The notes beneath the pieces were generated by a model that was not told the DNA's origin, did not search any database, and was given only the letters and a program-made list of their open reading frames with translations. A stretch of DNA of 64,000 nucleotides from Desulfatiglandales bacterium (GTDB taxonomy: Bacteria; Desulfobacterota; DSM-4660; Desulfatiglandales; HGW-15). The position numbers were made by a program, and so were the translations under genes. Within the stretch, counting starts at the first letter, position 1. Each line of letters opens with the position of its first letter. Positions 59,818 through 64,000 of the stretch are shown here, piece by piece. Where the stretch lies: positions 1,120,001 through 1,184,000 of the forward strand of contig CAXXJJ010000001.1 of NCBI GenBank assembly GCA_963667015.2, in the 5' to 3' direction.

Positions 59818-61271
59818 ATGACAATTAAATTATACAACACAGCAACAAAGCAGAAGGAAGAATTTGTACCGCTTGTTGAGGGCAGGGCAGGGATATATGT
59901 CTGCGGTGTAACGGTATATGACCATTCCCACATCGGGCATGCACGGTCTGCAATCGTGTTTGACGTGCTTGTCAAATATTTCAGGGCAAGGGGAACGGAT
60001 GTTACATTTGTAAAAAATTTTACAGATGTTGATGACAAGATAATAAAAAGGGCCAATGAACTGGGAAAAGATCCGGCAGACCTGGCTCAGGAATATATTG
60101 ATTCCTTTTATGAGGATATGGATGCCCTGGGTGTAATGAGGCCGGATAAGGAACCAAGGGCAACAGAGTACATAGATGACATGATCGGTATGATACAGAC
60201 CCTAATCGATAAAGGTTTTGCATATGAGGCGGATGGTGATGTCTTTATTCGGTAGAAAAGCTTGATGACTATGGAAAGCTGTCCGGAAGAAAGATTGAGG
60301 ATATGAGGGCCGGCAGCAGGATAGACATAAACGATAAAAAACGGCACCCCATGGATTTTACCCTGTGGAAACCGGCTAAACCAGGAGAGCCCATGTGGGA
60401 AAGCCCATGGGGTAACGGAAGACCCGGGTGGCATATGGAATGCTCGGTAATGAGCAATCATTACCTTGGAGGCACCTTTGATATACACGGCGGAGGCAAG
60501 GATCTGCTTTTTCCTCATCATGAAAATGAAAGGGCACAGTCAAAGGCCGCCACAGGCCAGGAGTTTGCCAGGTATTGGGTGCATAACGGATTTTTGACCG
60601 TTGAATCGGAAAAGATGTCAAAATCCCTAGGGAATTTCATACTTATCAAGGATGCACTCCGGGATTATCATCCCGAGGTGTTAAGATTTTTCCTTCTGTC
60701 CAAGCAGTACAGGAGCCCCCTTGATTTTGCTAAAAAGGATGTCCAGGATTTTCAGGCCGGCCTTATCCGAATCTACCGGACACTCCAGAGACTTGAAGGG
60801 ATTATTGGCCCGGAGGAAAACAGTTCAGCTGATATTCAGGGGCTGATAGAGGGTGATCAGGATAATGAATTTATAAATAAATTTATTGCCCTGATGGACG
60901 ATGACCTGAATACTGCCGGTGCAATAGGCATTATCTTTGATAAGAACAAGGAACTGAACCGCATAATGGATGAGGCATTTGATAATCCTCCTGATTCTGT
61001 AAAAGAACAGCTGAAAGATGAAAGACAGGCGCTTTTAAATGCAGCAGCTGTGCTGGGAATTTTAACAAGTGATCCATCGGCATTTATTTCACAGATTGAA
61101 AAACCCTCTGACGTTGACGAATCAGAAATTGAAGACCTCATCAAACAGAGAACCGATGCAAGGACCCAAAAGGACTGGGCCAGGGCAGATGCCATAAGGG
61201 ATAAACTCCAGGGAATGGGGATAATACTGGAGGATAAAGCAGGGGTTACAACCTGGAGACGGGAAGTTTAA
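59818..61271 (+). CDS. cysS: Cysteinyl-tRNA synthetase, apparent 1-nt deletion at ~60244-60246
   Basis: HIGH in the first fragment; PGWHMEC and KMSKS in the second. Adding one T to GTCTTTATTCG restores [18 protein letters not shown]. Confidence 0.9.
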
Positions 61272-61345
61272 GGGGGGGGGCTTGATTGTTTGATTGGCTT
61301 CGAAAGCCCTTTTCTATTCCTTCGATTAATCAGCGACAATCAGCA

Positions 61346-61419
61346 GGTTTATGGTTTGAGGTATGCGGTTTACGGAAATCCCGGATCGAAGCCGTACCGT
61401 AAACCGTAGACCGTATACC
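61346..61419. repeat. Inverted 7-nt-period arms (GGTNTNN)
   Basis: GGTTTAT-GGTTTGA-GGTATGC-GGTTTAC-GG ... CCGTAAA-CCGTAGA-CCGTATA-CC. Single arms at 21835-21862, 58851-58879 and 59793-59804. Confidence 0.7.
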
Positions 61420-61492
61420 CAGTTAATTGAATGTTCTCACTCCAATTTTGAACATTTTTATTATTTCATTTTGCATCAATTAGGTACAACTC

Positions 61493-63478
61493 ATGTTAAA
61501 AATTAAATCCTCCCTCAAACCCTGCGGTGATCAGCCACAGGCTATCTCCGATCTGGTAAGGGGTATAAAGGATAATTTAAAACACCAGGTGTTGCTCGGG
61601 GTAACAGGCTCCGGTAAGACCTTTACCATGGCCCATGTAATTGAAGGTGTGCAGAAACCCACACTCATTATGGCCCCCAACAAGACCCTTGCCGCTCAAC
61701 TCTATGGTGAATTTAAAAATCTTTTTCCGGATAACGCGGTTGAATACTTTGTAAGCTACTATGATTATTATCAGCCTGAGGCCTACATCCCGCAGTCTGA
61801 CACCTATATCCAGAAGGATTCAAGCATCAATGAAAACATCGACAAGATGAGGCATTCGGCCACAAGATCTCTGCTTGAAAGAGATGATGTAATAATAGTT
61901 GCCAGTGTTTCATGTATCTATGGTCTTGGTTCTCCCGAGGCTTATCATGACATGCTCCTTTATGCCGAAACAGGGGATAAACTCTCCAGGGATGACGCGG
62001 TAAAAAAACTTGTTGAGATATATTACGAAAGGGGCGACTTTGATTTTTATCGCGGCCGCTTCAGGGTAAGAGGCGATATCCTGGATATCTTCCCTGCCTA
62101 TGAGGAGGATAAGGCAATAAGGATATCCTTCTGGGGGGACGAGGTTGAGGCTATACAGGAGATAGATCCCCTCACGGGCAAGGTAACCGCTGACCTTAAA
62201 AGAATAACAGTTTATCCTGCAACTCATTATGTCACATCGGACGAGATAAGGGACAAGGCCATTAAGGGTATCAGGGAGGAACTGAAAAAGCGTGTTGATG
62301 AGTTTCGGGACAACAACAAACTTATCGAGGCCCAGCGAATTGAAGAGCGAACCATGTTTGATCTGGAAATGATGATCGAGATGGGCTACTGCCACGGTAT
62401 AGAGAATTATTCCAGACATCTTACAGGAAGATCAGCAGGTGATGCCCCGCCGACACTTCTTGATTATTTTCCAAAGGATTTTCTTCTTTTTATTGATGAA
62501 AGCCATATCACAGTTCCCCAGATAGGCGGAATGTACAAAGGGGACAGGTCCAGAAAAGAAACCCTTGTGAATTATGGTTTTCGTCTGCCCTCGGCCCTGG
62601 ACAACAGGCCACTCAAGTTTGAAGAATTCACGAAAAGACTTAACCAGGTGGTTTACGTATCTGCCACACCGGGCCCATATGAGCTTGAGATCGGTGAGGC
62701 GTTGACCGAGCAGATTATCAGACCCACTGGTCTGATCGATCCAGAGATAATAGTAGTGCCGGCAACAGAGCAGGTTGATGATCTGCTTGGAAGAATCAGG
62801 GAAAGGGTCGCAAGAAACGAGCGTGTTCTTGTTACAACCCTTACCAAGAGGATGGCAGAAGACCTTGCCGAGTATTACTCTGAACTTGATGTAAAGGTAA
62901 GATATCTTCACTCTGACATAAAGACTATCGAAAGGATGGAAATCATAAGGGATCTTCGTATAGGTGCATTTGATGTGCTTATAGGAATCAACCTTTTAAG
63001 AGAGGGGCTTGATATTCCGGAGGTATCACTTGTTGCCATCATGGATGCCGACAAAGAAGGTTTTTTAAGATCGGAAAGATCACTTATCCAGACATGCGGA
63101 AGGGCGGCAAGGAATCTGAACGGTACTGTAATCCTTTATGCCGATCAGGTAACAGGCTCAATGGAGCGTGCCATGGATGAGAGCAACAGGAGAAGGCTGA
63201 TACAGGTCGAATACAACAGGGAACATGACATTACACCTGAATCCATTGCAAAGAATATTGATGATGTTCTTGGTTCACTATATGAGGCCGACTATGTGAC
63301 CGTGCCGGTAGTGTCTGAGGAGGCGAAGGAATACCTGACCCCGGATGCTATTAAAAAGATGATAAAGGATCTTGAAAAAAGAATGAAGGATGCAGCCGCC
63401 AGACTTGAGTTTGAGGAGGCTGCCCGTATCAGGGATGAGATTAAGGACCTCAGAGAAGATGAACTTGAGCTGAGGTAG
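61493..63478 (+). CDS. uvrB: Excinuclease ABC subunit B
   Basis: [32 protein letters not shown] and UVR C-terminus. Confidence 0.97.
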   Translation: MLKIKSSLKPCGDQPQAISDLVRGIKDNLKHQVLLGVTGSGKTFTMAHVIEGVQKPTLIMAPNKTLAAQLYGEFKNLFPDNAVEYFVSYYDYYQPEAYIPQSDTYIQKDSSINENIDKMRHSATRSLLERDDVIIVASVSCIYGLGSPEAYHDMLLYAETGDKLSRDDAVKKLVEIYYERGDFDFYRGRFRVRGDILDIFPAYEEDKAIRISFWGDEVEAIQEIDPLTGKVTADLKRITVYPATHYVTSDEIRDKAIKGIREELKKRVDEFRDNNKLIEAQRIEERTMFDLEMMIEMGYCHGIENYSRHLTGRSAGDAPPTLLDYFPKDFLLFIDESHITVPQIGGMYKGDRSRKETLVNYGFRLPSALDNRPLKFEEFTKRLNQVVYVSATPGPYELEIGEALTEQIIRPTGLIDPEIIVVPATEQVDDLLGRIRERVARNERVLVTTLTKRMAEDLAEYYSELDVKVRYLHSDIKTIERMEIIRDLRIGAFDVLIGINLLREGLDIPEVSLVAIMDADKEGFLRSERSLIQTCGRAARNLNGTVILYADQVTGSMERAMDESNRRRLIQVEYNREHDITPESIAKNIDDVLGSLYEADYVTVPVVSEEAKEYLTPDAIKKMIKDLEKRMKDAAARLEFEEAARIRDEIKDLREDELELR

Positions 63479-63485
63479 AGTATAG

Positions 63486-64000
63486 TTATCTTCCTTTTGC
63501 GCAGAATCGATCCCACCCCATAAGATGAGCGGTTCCTGCTATTGTGGTGCCGTAAAACAAGACAGGCTTTTTATTTAGAAACTGTTCTACTGTTCCGTTT
63601 GCAATGGTTGTTCCTGTGACCAGTAAAAGATTTGCCCAGTCAATGGCATCATCTGTTTTGTCCGGGCCTTCTATGAGGGTATCGTATTTTTTTGTCCCTA
63701 TATTGTCTTTATCAAGGTCGATAACACGAAGGTCAAAAGAGGCAGATATTTTTTCAACAAACTTCGGCTGAAAGCCTATCTGGGTTATTTTCGGTGTGCC
63801 GTATTCGGTTTTTATATGCTCTACAAGCTGTACCGCGCATTCTCCCGGCTCCTTATCCCTGCAGTGGATTGTTCCCTGTACCAGGCCCATGTGCCTTAAT
63901 GCTGCATTAAGAGATGCTATAAAAATAGCCTTCCGGTAATTATTGGCAAGGTCTGATTCCAGAATATCCTTGAGGGTTCCTTGAAAATCACCGTATTGAT
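63486..64000 (-). CDS. DUF364-like Rossmann/heavy-metal chelation family protein (5' partial)
   Basis: RAIFIA.LNA...G.....HC...P..C, IGFQP, LLVTGTT..NG and FYGTT.AG. The frame runs off the window end. Confidence 0.6.
   Translation of the reverse strand, partial: QYGDFQGTLKDILESDLANNYRKAIFIASLNAALRHMGLVQGTIHCRDKEPGECAVQLVEHIKTEYGTPKITQIGFQPKFVEKISASFDLRVIDLDKDNIGTKKYDTLIEGPDKTDDAIDWANLLLVTGTTIANGTVEQFLNKKPVLFYGTTIAGTAHLMGWDRFCAKGR

Noticed and set aside
61272..61280. G9 tract as a phase-variation switch
   Set aside because: It is intergenic, right after the cysS stop, with no promoter or ORF context I can support.
131..63516. Many short antisense or overlapping ORFs in the six-frame track
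   Set aside because: They are shadows of well-supported genes, with no motifs or RBS.

Overview
Bacterial window, most likely from an anaerobic Desulfobacterota/deltaproteobacterium (inferred from gene content). In order: (i) end of an exbD-tonB-TPR operon; (ii) a pyrogallol-transhydroxylase-like Mo-bisPGD enzyme (alpha/beta) followed by BKACE, 3-hydroxyacyl-CoA dehydrogenase-like, thiolase and SDR genes, resembling an anaerobic trihydroxybenzene/phloroglucinol pathway; (iii) marR and two tandem, apparently exported UGSC-motif selenoproteins that the ORF track splits at in-frame UGA codons (SECIS-like hairpins follow both, and selA is in the window); (iv) an AT-rich ~10 kb accessory island (19.5-29.3 kb) with TA modules, Fic, gene remnants and a Ser/Thr kinase + unknown + PD-(D/E)xK three-gene cassette, punctuated by inverted 9-nt-period repeat arms and a ~200 bp dispersed palindromic element; (v) a radical SAM gene, a 1692-aa PEP-utilising-type protein, and a MaeB homologue lacking its catalytic/metal residues; (vi) a TonB/DUF4198 metal-uptake cluster with a leader attenuator and a signal-peptide-bearing tetrapyrrole methylase; (vii) an extended ars operon; (viii) adk, a sigma54/IHF/c-di-GMP-I riboswitch-controlled secreted FN3 protein, tRNA-His, selA, a gmhA/diaA-like gene, ispF, frameshifted cysS and uvrB. 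All family calls come from motif recognition, not database searches.
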